From a virus (taxonomy: Duplodnaviria; Caudoviricetes), in the IMG/VR virus record IMGVR_UViG_3300020577_008610, positions 125,180 through 189,179 of that record: a stretch of 64,000 nt of DNA; one strand, given 5' to 3'. A model generated the notes under the pieces. It worked only from the letters and a program-made list of their open reading frames with translations. It did not search any database and was not told the DNA's origin. A program made the translations under genes and the position numbers. The stretch's first letter is position 1. Each line of letters opens with the position of its first letter. Shown in pieces: positions 28,221-36,486 of this stretch.

Positions 28221-28290
28221 TCGAGCTGGCGGGGATCGAACCCGCATCCTCAGTGTACTTTGGGCCTATAGGTTGCCCTCGGTTTTAGCC
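28221..28290 (-). ncRNA. tmRNA-like 3' end (T arm + acceptor strand)
   Basis: GAGGATGCGGGTTCGATCCCCGCCAGCTCG resembles the tmRNA 3' terminus GGACGCGGGTTCAACTCCCGCCAGCTCC. Confidence 0.35.
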
Positions 28291-28358
28291 AGCATAGATG
28301 CCAGTCAAGACCAGGGGTGTATTCCGGTTCCACCACAACCCTACTGGGTTGGAAGTTG

Positions 28359-28455
28359 TTAGCCTGGAGGGATTCGAACCCTCATACTCGGCTTCTAAGC
28401 TTGCCTGTGGCGAAGCCATTGAAGACCGCTGCCTTTGCCATTAGCCTACAAGCTC
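28359..28455 (-). ncRNA. tRNA-bodied RNA with 32-nt anticodon loop (Leu-like)
   Basis: AGCTTG/CAGGCT acceptor, GAGGG-TTCGAAT-CCCTC, GCGGT-[32 nt]-GCCGA. Confidence 0.55.
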
Positions 28456-28598
28456 TTGAGATGAAGTTTGCAAAAATTGCCCCCTTTCTCCTGTTGTTGC
28501 CTCAGCTCGTTGCCAACCTTCATGGGGGGATTGAGCCCCCTAGCTCTCTGTATTGGGCGAAAAGGGTCTGGTGTTGACAACAAGGAAAAAGTGAGTCC

Positions 28599-29030
28599 TT
28601 ATATTAACTTGGCTGCCCTGTAGTCCTTACGGCTCCAAGTCCTTGTACGATGACAGTTGGCACAAACCAACTCGCATTTGGCAACTTCCTCCCACATTCC
28701 TTGGCCGCTTCCGTTACGGATGAAATTAGAGACGTTATCAGCCTTTTGTGCTCTGTCCACGTGATCAAAATCCATGATGAAATGCGGGAAGAAGTTGCCG
28801 CAATCCTTGCATGGATGCTTTTCTTTGTACTCCCTCAAGGCTTCGAGGGCCCTCTGCCTTGTTCTCTTTCGAGATTCAGAGTACTCCTTTTTGTGGCGTT
28901 GAAAGTGAGAAGCTGTGAGCTTCGCAATGCACGATTTGCACTGCCGTACCCGCCTCTTGTCTTTTTTGGAGGCCCAAGAAAACAGCTCTTCTTCCTTTTC
29001 TTCACCGCACTTGATGCAAGTTTTCAACAT
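28599..29030 (-). CDS. HNH endonuclease-like protein with N-terminal Zn ribbon
   Basis: KTCIKCGEEK...CKSC; PCKDCG...MDFDH...EVAKCELVCANCHRTRT; paralog of 31055..31486. Confidence 0.85.
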   Translation of the reverse strand: MLKTCIKCGEEKEEELFSWASKKDKRRVRQCKSCIAKLTASHFQRHKKEYSESRKRTRQRALEALREYKEKHPCKDCGNFFPHFIMDFDHVDRAQKADNVSNFIRNGSGQGMWEEVAKCELVCANCHRTRTWSRKDYRAAKLI

Positions 29031-29157
29031 GAAAAAGCGTAACTCCAAGGGGGTACATTGTCAAGCGATGGCGTTGAACTTTGATTGAATCCAGCTGATC
29101 GGACTCGAATCTTCATTCTATTTCCCGATGATCGGATAGGATTCAATTAGCGCTTTG

Positions 29158-29240
29158 TGCTCAAGAGGGGAATCGAACCCCTACGCCCTTTCGGACACAG
29201 GCTTCTGAGACCTGCACGGCTTCCTTTACGTCACTTGAGC
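29158..29240 (-). tRNA. tRNA-Leu(CAG)
   Basis: GCTCAAG/CTTGAGC-A, CAGGT-CT-CAG-AA-GCCTG, long variable arm. Confidence 0.9.
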
Positions 29241-29302
29241 ATTCAAACATGGCAAAGTTGCTTTGAGGGAGAAGTCGCCATGTTTTAAGTTATATGAGAC
29301 AG

Positions 29303-29376
29303 TGTTCCCGGTGGGATTCGAACCCACAACATCTTCTTTTTGAGAGAAGCGACTCTGCCGGTTGGTCTACGAGAAC
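29303..29376 (-). tRNA. tRNA-Leu(CAA) with short variable loop
   Basis: GTTCTCG/CGGGAAC-A, CTTCT-CT-CAA-AA-AGAAG, variable ATGTT. Confidence 0.85.
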
Positions 29377-29413
29377 ATACAAATACAATCGTTCACTGAT
29401 GAGTTATTTGTCA

Positions 29414-29487
29414 GGTAGGCGTAGATGGAATCGAACCATCGCTCTCTCGGTTATCAGCCAAGTGCTTTTCCATTAAGCTATACGCCT
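29414..29487 (-). tRNA. tRNA-Ile(GAT)
   Basis: AGGCGTA/TACGCCT-A, CT-GAT-AA. Confidence 0.9.
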
Positions 29488-29639
29488 GTTATGCATGATT
29501 TGATGGAAATTTGAGCGCATCACCATGCTAGTAAATGTAGTTTGATGTCGAGATTCTGCATCAAGCAATTGCTCTAACCACAGAGCGTAGCTTCCTGAGC
29601 TACAATCCAACAAAGTGTGTGCTTCTGCCCATGAATGCT

Positions 29640-29942
29640 GGTCCCGTTTAAGGGGTATTTAACCCCCTTTGGTTTTGTTCTGGCTCCTATCCGAGCCTAG
29701 GATGCTGTGGCATCCTTAGCAACCGGATGGACGCTGTGTTGCTGGTCAGGCTCCACAGGAGCAATGAAATTGCTCACGATTTAATGGTTTGTTCAATTAA
29801 GCCAGGCTCCCTCAGCCTTCTGCTTTTTGCTACCAGGGAAAAGTTTTCACTCTTTTCCTCTGTCTGCCACCACAAGGTACTTTCACCTACAAATCGCTTC
29901 GTAAGGTTACTCCCACTAGGAGAGTCGAGGTCTCGCAACCCC
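29640..29942 (-). ncRNA. structured non-coding region, possible divergent tmRNA 5'/tag portion
   Basis: starts GGGGTTG...TCGAC 18 nt after tRNA-Gln; many hairpins; reading frame ...SENFSLVA. Confidence 0.3.
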
Positions 29943-29959
29943 GTAGGGCAGATGCACAG

Positions 29960-30031
29960 TTCGGGCGGGTGGATTCGAACCACCATAACAGGTTTCAGAG
30001 ACCTGGGTCCTAACCGTTGGACGACACCCGA
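29960..30031 (-). tRNA. tRNA-Gln(CTG)
   Basis: CAGGT-CT-CTG-AA-ACCTG; GGTTCGAATCC. Confidence 0.9.
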
Positions 30032-30089
30032 ATAATCTGGAACCTAGGCTGACTAAGCCTAGGTCGTTGTGGGAGGGTTGCTTGGTCCC

Positions 30090-30296
30090 TCAAGAGACTT
30101 GTCGTTTTGTTTCTACTTTACACATACAGTGCAGGTTCTCGAATTTCTTCACTTGCTCCAAGAGCTTCTCTGGATCCTTCTCTACTAGCTTTGCCTTGAT
30201 TTGACAACGTTTACATGATGCGTCAATCGTTGTCGCATCTGCGTTCGATAACTCTAGCTTAATCCACCGGTAAACCCTTGATGTTGCTGTTGGCAT
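30090..30296 (-). CDS. small Cys-containing hypothetical protein
   Basis: CKRC...HCMC. Confidence 0.4.
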   Translation of the reverse strand: MPTATSRVYRWIKLELSNADATTIDASCKRCQIKAKLVEKDPEKLLEQVKKFENLHCMCKVETKRQVS

Positions 30297-30328
30297 TGAA
30301 CTAGTGTAACCACCGTTTTATCTTCTTG

Positions 30329-31012
30329 TCAACCTGCTTCTTCAATCTCTCTCAGAATCGCTTCAGCAGCCTTCTGAGGGTCTTGGGCATCCCGGATAGG
30401 TCGACCTACCACCAGGAGGTCTGCGCCGTCTCTAATGGCTTGCCGAGGGGTTCCTGTGGCCTTCTGATCGCTATTCTGCGAACCAGCGGGACGAATGCCT
30501 GGGATCAAGAAGAAATGACCGAGGTAGTTGAGTCTTCCTTCTGCGACTTCCTTGGGGGAGCACACGAACCCATGGGCTCCCTTGGCCATGTGCATCAGGT
30601 CTTGGACCACCACTTTCCGCTCGTGGTTGTAGACCTTGAGGCAGTCTGCATCATCCAGGGAAGTCATAGCCGTCACAGCCAGGATCATGGGACCACTTCG
30701 AGAGGCTTCAACAGCCGCTTGGATCATAGTTGAGCCGCCTGAAGCATGGATGGTCATGAAGTCAGCTCCAAGATTCATCCCTTGTTTCACAGCCCGAGAG
30801 ACTGTTTCGGGAATGTCATGAAGCTTGAGGTCCAGGAAGCACTTGGCTCCCGATTCCTTCACCATCTCCACAACTTCAGGACCTTCAGAGATGAAGAGCT
30901 CCAAGCCAACCTTAAAAGTGCCGACATAGCCCCTGAGTTGACGAACAAAAGAGCGGGCTTCAATGATGTTGGGAACATCAAGAGCAAAACAGAGCCGGTC
31001 TTGAGCAGCCAT
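30329..31012 (-). CDS. pyrF: orotidine-5'-phosphate decarboxylase
   Basis: ALD, FKVGLELF, FLDLKLHDIPETV, TIHASGG, PGIRP, VVGRPI. Confidence 0.97.
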   Translation of the reverse strand: MAAQDRLCFALDVPNIIEARSFVRQLRGYVGTFKVGLELFISEGPEVVEMVKESGAKCFLDLKLHDIPETVSRAVKQGMNLGADFMTIHASGGSTMIQAAVEASRSGPMILAVTAMTSLDDADCLKVYNHERKVVVQDLMHMAKGAHGFVCSPKEVAEGRLNYLGHFFLIPGIRPAGSQNSDQKATGTPRQAIRDGADLLVVGRPIRDAQDPQKAAEAILREIEEAG

Positions 31013-31054
31013 TAACTGTACCTTCCAAAAAGAAAGTGAGATGACATAGTAATC

Positions 31055-31486
31055 TTACTTCTTCGCCAAATCCCAATCTTTCCGAGTGTGGGTTCTAATC
31101 CTATGGCAATTTGAACACACAAGATCGCACTTGGCAATTTCACTCAGAACTATACCTAGCACTTCACTCCGGATGAGTCGAGCTATCCCGTCTTTTTTCT
31201 CTGCTCGATCTCGATGGTCAAAATCCATTACATAGTATGGGTACTGTCTTCCGCAATCCATGCAAGGCTTTGATTCCTTGAGCTTTACGATCTCCTTCAT
31301 GACAGAAGCTCGTCTTTTGGCTGACTTTTCCGCGTACTGTTGTTTGTATTTCTGGTAATGCTCCTTGATGGTAGTGGCCATGCACTCTTTGCATCGAGTG
31401 CTGCGTTTGCCAGCGGCTTTGCTTTGGAGCGAGAACTGTTCGATGGTCTTCTCGACACTACATTTGGTACAGGTTTTGACTTCCAT
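31055..31486 (-). CDS. HNH endonuclease-like protein with N-terminal Zn ribbon
   Basis: KTCTKC...CKEC; PCMDCG...MDFDHRD...EIAKCDLVCSNCHRIRT. Confidence 0.85.
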   Translation of the reverse strand: MEVKTCTKCSVEKTIEQFSLQSKAAGKRSTRCKECMATTIKEHYQKYKQQYAEKSAKRRASVMKEIVKLKESKPCMDCGRQYPYYVMDFDHRDRAEKKDGIARLIRSEVLGIVLSEIAKCDLVCSNCHRIRTHTRKDWDLAKK

Positions 31487-31495
31487 ATCCTACTC

Positions 31496-31750
31496 CTAGT
31501 GTCCGTAGTTGCAGCCAACCAGAATGACCTTTCCGGTTTCGGGATGGACCAAGCGCCTATCGTAGGTGCCACAGCAGCCATCATCACGGATGGCTTCATA
31601 AGCTGAGACCTCGACAGGATCGTCGGCAGAAGCAATCCGCATGTTATCAACACAGGACTCTTCCTCCATGTCAGAACGAAGAACAGAAAAGGCCCAATCG
31701 ATTTCCATTTGAGAGAGTGTCATACCCAGAAGATGCATCGGCACTCTCAA
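31496..31750 (-). CDS. hypothetical phage protein
   Basis: DNMR.A...GCCG.YD...GCNYGH pattern. Confidence 0.6.
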   Translation of the reverse strand: MRVPMHLLGMTLSQMEIDWAFSVLRSDMEEESCVDNMRIASADDPVEVSAYEAIRDDGCCGTYDRRLVHPETGKVILVGCNYGH

Positions 31751-31969
31751 AAGGTCAATGCCCAGGCAACAAGAAACATCACAGCGTGCAAGAGGCCCAT
31801 GGCGTGTGGTGATTTTAACTTGAAACTTGCAACCCCTCGGGGTAACTCTCCCCGAGATGCCCAGGAGTCCTTAAGTTTGATGTAGGGTATATCCTGGTCT
31901 CCAAGTCCTTGCTGTTGCAAGGATTGGTGCTTCCCCATGCGAACCTAACCCCAGATGGGGTCACTGTGA

Positions 31970-32046
31970 TGGTAGCGGGTCCGGGAATTGCACACCGGGA
32001 TCTCATGGGTATGAGCCATGCGAGATAACTTCTTCTCCAACCCGCA
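31970..32046 (-). tRNA. tRNA-Met(CAT), initiator-like
   Basis: 1:72 mismatch, GCGGGT/ACCCGC, CATGG-CT-CAT-AC-CCATG, CCA. Confidence 0.8.
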
Positions 32047-32051
32047 ATAGA

Positions 32052-32771
32052 TTAGAAACTTCCGAACTCGGGTTCACCTTTGAACCCTGGCAGCCTCTTC
32101 TTAGCATACTCGATCCATGCCATCAAGAGGTTGTCGGTGAAATCTTCAGCTTCCTCTCGGGAGATTTGCTTCTTCTTCTGCAAGTCCCGGAAAAGCTCTC
32201 CCTTCTTGTCCTGCATCACCTGAAGGAGAGGAATCTTCTGGGTTTTGGCTTGTTTGTACATGCCCATCACCCAGGCTTCCACCTCGTGGGGTGCAAAGAA
32301 GTAGTTGTAAGCGGCATCCGTGGTGGCGTAGTGATCCGCTCCAGGCTCATATCCTGGATGTCCAGAGAGTCCAGGGTCCGTGAAGTGGATGCCTTGTTCT
32401 GGTCCTTCGTGGCCGCTTCTCTGGTCTTGCCTGTAGTGCTCCAGCTCATGCCGGATGGTGTTCTTCAGGGTGGGAATGAACTCAGAGAGTTGACGGTCAT
32501 TGAACTCAAAAGGCACAGCAACGTACACCTGGAGCCTGCGAATGGCATCGTTGTAGCCTCCACCAGCTTGGCGAAGGGGACCATTGTACCGCTTGAACTG
32601 AGCCTGAAGCAACAGGTCGTTGACCTGTCCCTTGAAAGGAGGAATCTCTTCCTGGTCCCGGTTCTTCTTCAGGTGATTCACAATCACCCTGGAGACTTGG
32701 GTGGTCAGGTTGTCCATGACCCCTTCACGGATTGCTTCTCGAATGAGTGCTACCAGCTCTCGCTTCTTCAT
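32052..32771 (-). CDS. zincin-like (HELEH) protein with N-terminal leader
   Basis: MKKRELVALIREAIREG; IRHELEH...YFFAPHEVEAW; TAATTA at 32782-32777. Confidence 0.7.
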   Translation of the reverse strand: MKKRELVALIREAIREGVMDNLTTQVSRVIVNHLKKNRDQEEIPPFKGQVNDLLLQAQFKRYNGPLRQAGGGYNDAIRRLQVYVAVPFEFNDRQLSEFIPTLKNTIRHELEHYRQDQRSGHEGPEQGIHFTDPGLSGHPGYEPGADHYATTDAAYNYFFAPHEVEAWVMGMYKQAKTQKIPLLQVMQDKKGELFRDLQKKKQISREEAEDFTDNLLMAWIEYAKKRLPGFKGEPEFGSF

Positions 32772-32958
32772 GCTGGTAATTATGAACAAAGGACCATTGC
32801 CGGTCTTGTTATCTTGCAACACCCTTTGGCCCGTGCTGGGTTACTCAAGTGATGCACCAACTAACCGAGCGGTCAAGCTGCTTTGAGAGCTACTAAAGCA
32901 AATTGAACCGCTGAGCCCCTGTTTGCCTAGGATATAACAGGCGCTTCTATTCATCCAG

Positions 32959-33033
32959 TGGGCCTCCCGGGATTTGAACCCGAACTTGACGGATTAAGAG
33001 TCCGCTGTGCTAAACCGTTGACACCAGAAGCCC
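32959..33033 (-). tRNA. tRNA-Lys(CTT)
   Basis: CGGA-CT-CTT-AA-TCCG; GGTTCAAATCC. Confidence 0.9.
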
Positions 33034-33243
33034 ATTAGGAAACGGTTGGGGTTATCGTGCTACCGCTTCACAAGCACCCAGGTTCTCCCACTGTCCTGGC
33101 AGTGTTCAGCCCAGGAGTAACCTTTTAAGGGGGTACCTGAGCCTATTGGTCGGGAGATGGTGGTCCTTGCCACCTCCTTGGTTCCAAGGTTGGTCTCAAT
33201 CCAGATTTCAGGGGCCCATATACTGGCCAGCGTTGAATTGAGA

Positions 33244-33319
33244 TGGTAGCCCCTGTGAGGATTGAACTCACCTGTACCGGTTTGTAGGACCGGCGCCCTC
33301 ACCAGAGTGCGAAGGAGCT
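33244..33319 (-). tRNA. tRNA-Val(TAC)
   Basis: CCGGT-CC-TAC-AA-ACCGG; AGCTCCT/AGGGGCT-A-CCA. Confidence 0.8.
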
Positions 33320-33321
33320 AA

Positions 33322-33810
33322 ACTGATTATTTCCGAGTCATTCCCGGCGCAGTACCACTTCCAAGGTTGCTTTCGCTTCACCTTAGAGGGCCTGTTTCCC
33401 ACCCTTTGCGGAATGGTAAGCCGTCTTTACTCGCTGGTTATCACCCTACAGGGCTACGTGCTCCCTGCTCGGCAACCCATGAGCCACATTAGTAACCCCA
33501 ATCCCAGGGCGTGGTTACCAGAAATTGACTTCTGGCTGGTGTCAAATACTCCCGATTTTCATCGTACGGACCAGGAGTGTTTGGCCACTCCCTGACATAC
33601 AGGATCTCTGTCTAGGTCCTAGAGGTTATTTTACGTCGGATTAGCGACGTTCCGTTGCCCAGTTTGGGCAACCAGGCATGAACCTTTTAAGGTTCCGGAA
33701 TTGAGGTTGGTTTCTCTTGAGTCTGTCAGCACCTCAAAACTGACAGAAAGAGACTAGTTGTCAAAGAGCAAAGAGTCCTCGGACTCTTGGAGGGAGCAGC
33801 CCTCCGACGT
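33322..33810 (-). ncRNA. large, highly structured ncRNA candidate (GOLLD/ROOL-like context)
   Basis: ~490 nt without a credible ORF, >10 hairpins incl. GNRA-capped GC-GAAA-GC and CCATTCC-GCAA-AGGGTGG, immediately upstream of tRNA-Val. Confidence 0.55.
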
Positions 33811-34019
33811 TTTTAAACTTAGCATCGGTCTCTTTGGCCGTCAAGGCGACCGGTTACGATTTCACTCCAAGAAGCGCTCGAAGCCAATCGGCCTTGGTGA
33901 GCACCATGTAAAGCACAGTGAGTCCCAGGAAGACCAGGACGAAAGCAAGGGCTCCAACGAGCCAAGAGAGAGCGGTTTTCAGTGCGGACGGAATTTCCAT
34001 GAGGTTCTCCTAGCTGTAA

Positions 34020-34439
34020 TTAAGGCTCCTTCTCCGTCTTCGCTTCCTTTAGTTCTGGCAACCAGCCAGTGTACCCACATTCGTGCGGACAAGGCTCAAG
34101 GTGAAGCCCAGACCACTTCCCCTTGTGCTCGGGACAGGGTTTGGTTCGAAGCTTCTCTCCACCGTAGACCAATCGTGCCAAGAGATCGCTTTTATAGATG
34201 TGAAGCTTGATATCCTCGAAGTGTGGAATAATCCTAGCCCCCCAAACATCCCGGATTGCTGCCTTCTCGCCCTTCTCCTTCTTGACCTGGCGGTACTTGT
34301 CTTCCAGCACCTTCATCCAGGCTTCAAAAGCAGCACAGTAGTAACTAACAGGCGCCACCCGTTCACCAAAGTGGACCTCCAATTCTTGGAGCATCTCTTG
34401 GGCCTCTGCTTCAGATAGCTTTTTGTTCTTTATTGCCAT
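34020..34439 (-). CDS. hypothetical protein with C-terminal Cys/His motif
   Basis: KPCPEHKGKWSG...PCPHECGYTGWLP. Confidence 0.65.
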   Translation of the reverse strand: MAIKNKKLSEAEAQEMLQELEVHFGERVAPVSYYCAAFEAWMKVLEDKYRQVKKEKGEKAAIRDVWGARIIPHFEDIKLHIYKSDLLARLVYGGEKLRTKPCPEHKGKWSGLHLEPCPHECGYTGWLPELKEAKTEKEP

Positions 34440-34561
34440 GTTCGGAGCATAGCATAAACAAAGAGCGTTTGCACCTTTTAGTCTACCCAGAGAGAATTGA
34501 ACTCTCGCCTATGGAGGCGAAGCAGACTCTCATCTCAAGCTGAAGCTTGGGAGAGTTATAG

Positions 34562-34633
34562 AGCGACTCACGGGAATCGAACCCGTATACTCAACCATGG
34601 CAAGGTCGTATAATACCATTATACCAGAGCCGC
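34562..34633 (-). tRNA. tRNA-Gly(GCC)
   Basis: GCGGCTC/GAGTCGC-T, TT-GCC-AT. Confidence 0.9.
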
Positions 34634-34662
34634 AAATACCTGCTTTTCAGCAGAAGGAACCG

Positions 34663-35064
34663 TTACATGTCCTCGTCTTCGTCGTACCCGTCATCTTCGA
34701 GGAAAGCATCGTCATCCTCGTCTTCATCTTCATTGAAAGGATCGTCTTCCTCATCGTATCCACCATCCTCGGAATCATCATTCCGAACATCCTCCAGGAA
34801 GGCTTCAAACTCGTCAGGATCCATCAAAGAAGCAGAAGCATACTGCTTGTCTTCATTGCCGCCATCAAGGGCTAGAATGAACTCTTGGCCATCAGTTCCA
34901 AAACAAAGAATTCGATAGAATTGCCGAATGTTACTTCCATCTCCGGCCACGTCCACTTCTTGCATGTGGATGCTCTTGATTTTCTTCCCGACCAAATCAG
35001 CCAGTTCGTGGTTGGCTGTTCCCTTGGTAGTACCCATTGCCTTTTCTGCTTTGCCTCCGGCCAT
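34663..35064 (-). CDS. hypothetical protein with highly acidic C-terminal tail
   Basis: D/E-rich last ~45 aa. Confidence 0.65.
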   Translation of the reverse strand: MAGGKAEKAMGTTKGTANHELADLVGKKIKSIHMQEVDVAGDGSNIRQFYRILCFGTDGQEFILALDGGNEDKQYASASLMDPDEFEAFLEDVRNDDSEDGGYDEEDDPFNEDEDEDDDAFLEDDGYDEDEDM

Positions 35065-35322
35065 AGATATGTCTTCGCTCCTATTCGCACAGGCAAAGTA
35101 AGCTGTTTTGGGTTTGTTGTGTGAAAACTTCAGCACTCCCGACAGGATTTAAACCTGCATAGAATTACTCAGATTGGGAAATAGATGCAATGCACTGTCT
35201 TCCAGAGAAGGGACGCTACTGAGTGTAGTGGACAACCCATCCAACACCCTTGAGCTGTACAGGAGTCCCCACTGGGAGCAAGAACATGGGGTTCTGTTGC
35301 CGAGGATATTCCAGCTTGTTAG

Positions 35323-35396
35323 CCTCTCCGGGGAGACTCGAACTCCCATTGCCCCATTTAGAAGACGGGTGCCTATTCCAGTTAGACTACGAAGAG
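35323..35396 (-). tRNA. tRNA-Arg(TCT)
   Basis: CCCGT-CT-TCT-AA-ATGGG. Confidence 0.85.
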
Positions 35397-35516
35397 ATGT
35401 TCCAGGAACAAGATTTCTACGAGATTGCCTGAGAAAAACAAGCTGCCTTTGATGGTCTTTCTCCATGGGGTTGACCCATACTTCCAGCTTCCTGATGGCT
35501 GGTTTAGAGGCACTCT

Positions 35517-35593
35517 TGGTAGACCCATCGGGATTTGAACCCGAAACCTCCCGCTTATAAGGCAGGTGCTCTAACCAACTGAGCTATAGGTCC
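35517..35593 (-). tRNA. tRNA-Ile(TAT)
   Basis: canonical body, CCTGC-CT-TAT-AA-GCGGG, A73, CCA. Confidence 0.85.
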
Positions 35594-35709
35594 ATAGAAT
35601 TAAGATTGAACATCGGAAGGCCAACCTTTGAAATCTTCATGGTACCACAAAGACTCTTAAAGCTGTCCAATCCCCGCAAAGAATTTACTGAGAAATGCTG
35701 TTCCTCAAG

Positions 35710-36015
35710 TCACTCTCCGTACCCTTCGCAAGACAGGGAAGACTCTTCAACCCTTCGAAACTGTACCACCTCTGCATCCTTGTAGGGATGCTCGGAAGGA
35801 GGCCTTCCGTTTCCAAGCTCCCACTTTCTTGCTCGTTCCAGAGCTCGGAAATGTGCCAACAATCGAGCTTGACTTGACCAGATTTTCCCCTGCTTCGCCC
35901 AGATGTGGCGAGAACTGACACCCCCACGACTGTAAAGGTTCGTACCCTTCTTTCGGATCATCCAGTAGATGTTCGGATCCTCTTGAACCGCTTGCTTCTT
36001 TGCTCTTTTGGTCAT
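35710..36015 (-). CDS. hypothetical phage protein (K.GKIW motif)
   Basis: IRKKGTNLYSRGG...WAKQGKIWS. Confidence 0.65.
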   Translation of the reverse strand: MTKRAKKQAVQEDPNIYWMIRKKGTNLYSRGGVSSRHIWAKQGKIWSSQARLLAHFRALERARKWELGNGRPPSEHPYKDAEVVQFRRVEESSLSCEGYGE

Positions 36016-36053
36016 GCTGCAACCATAAGACAAGTTATGGACGAAATGAACAG

Positions 36054-36125
36054 AGCGGATGGTGGAATTTGAATCCACAACGACCTGCTTGGAAGGCAGG
36101 CACTCTACCATTGAGCTACATCCGC
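36054..36125 (-). tRNA. tRNA-Gly(TCC)
   Basis: GCGGATG/CATCCGC-T, CT-TCC-AA. Confidence 0.9.
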
Positions 36126-36199
36126 ATTGCAAATCAAGAAACACAGGGTTCTCTGACTTGTGTCTAGCACCTCCCAAACCTTGATTTGCCTTTATTTTG

Positions 36200-36298
36200 T
36201 GGCGGACACAGAGAGAATCGAACTCTCTTCAATCGCCGCTAGTACTCCCTTCCAGGTCTTCCTTTCTGCGAGGCGATTCCGTCACTGGAAGTGTGCCC
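36200..36298 (-). ncRNA. tRNA-bodied RNA with 34-nt purine-rich anticodon loop
   Basis: GGGCACA/TGTGTCC-G-CCA, GAGAG-TTCGATT-CTCTC, TCGCC-[34 nt]-GGCGA. Confidence 0.6.
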
Positions 36299-36401
36299 AA
36301 ATGGGGGTCAATCAAACACAGAATTCTTTGCCCTGCTTTTTACACAGGGGATTCTCCCAAACAATTGACCGGGTTTGTGCTTGTTCTCCCTGCAAGGGAG
36401 A

Positions 36402-36486
36402 TGGTGGGGCAGGTGGGAGTCGAACCCACAGTGCACAATGGCGGATGTTTTACAGACATCTGTTCCTCCCAGGGAACATCTACCCC
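36402..36486 (-). tRNA. tRNA-Tyr(GTA)
   Basis: GATGT-CT-GTA-AA-ACATC, long variable region, CCA. Confidence 0.8.

Noticed and set aside
28222-28509. One-piece tmRNA closed by CGAGCTG/CAGCTCG
   Set aside because: The pairing gives A3-U70 rather than G3:U70, there is no tag-like frame, and the interval contains a separate tRNA-like gene.
29555-29608. 5' half of a tRNA-Ile-like sequence with a D-loop insertion
   Set aside because: No T arm or 3' acceptor strand found.
33410-33432. RNase P RNA (CGGCTTA-like 3' motif)
   Set aside because: The conserved GAGGAAAGTCC element could not be found at a suitable distance.
34481-34555. tRNA-like element (GAGAG-TTCAATT-CTCTC T arm)
   Set aside because: Acceptor stem poorly paired and no recognisable D or anticodon arm; at most a relic.
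35133-35225. tRNA-like element (GCAGG-TTTAAAT-CCTGT)
   Set aside because: Weak acceptor and no coherent cloverleaf; possibly a further decayed member of the aberrant set, but not supportable.
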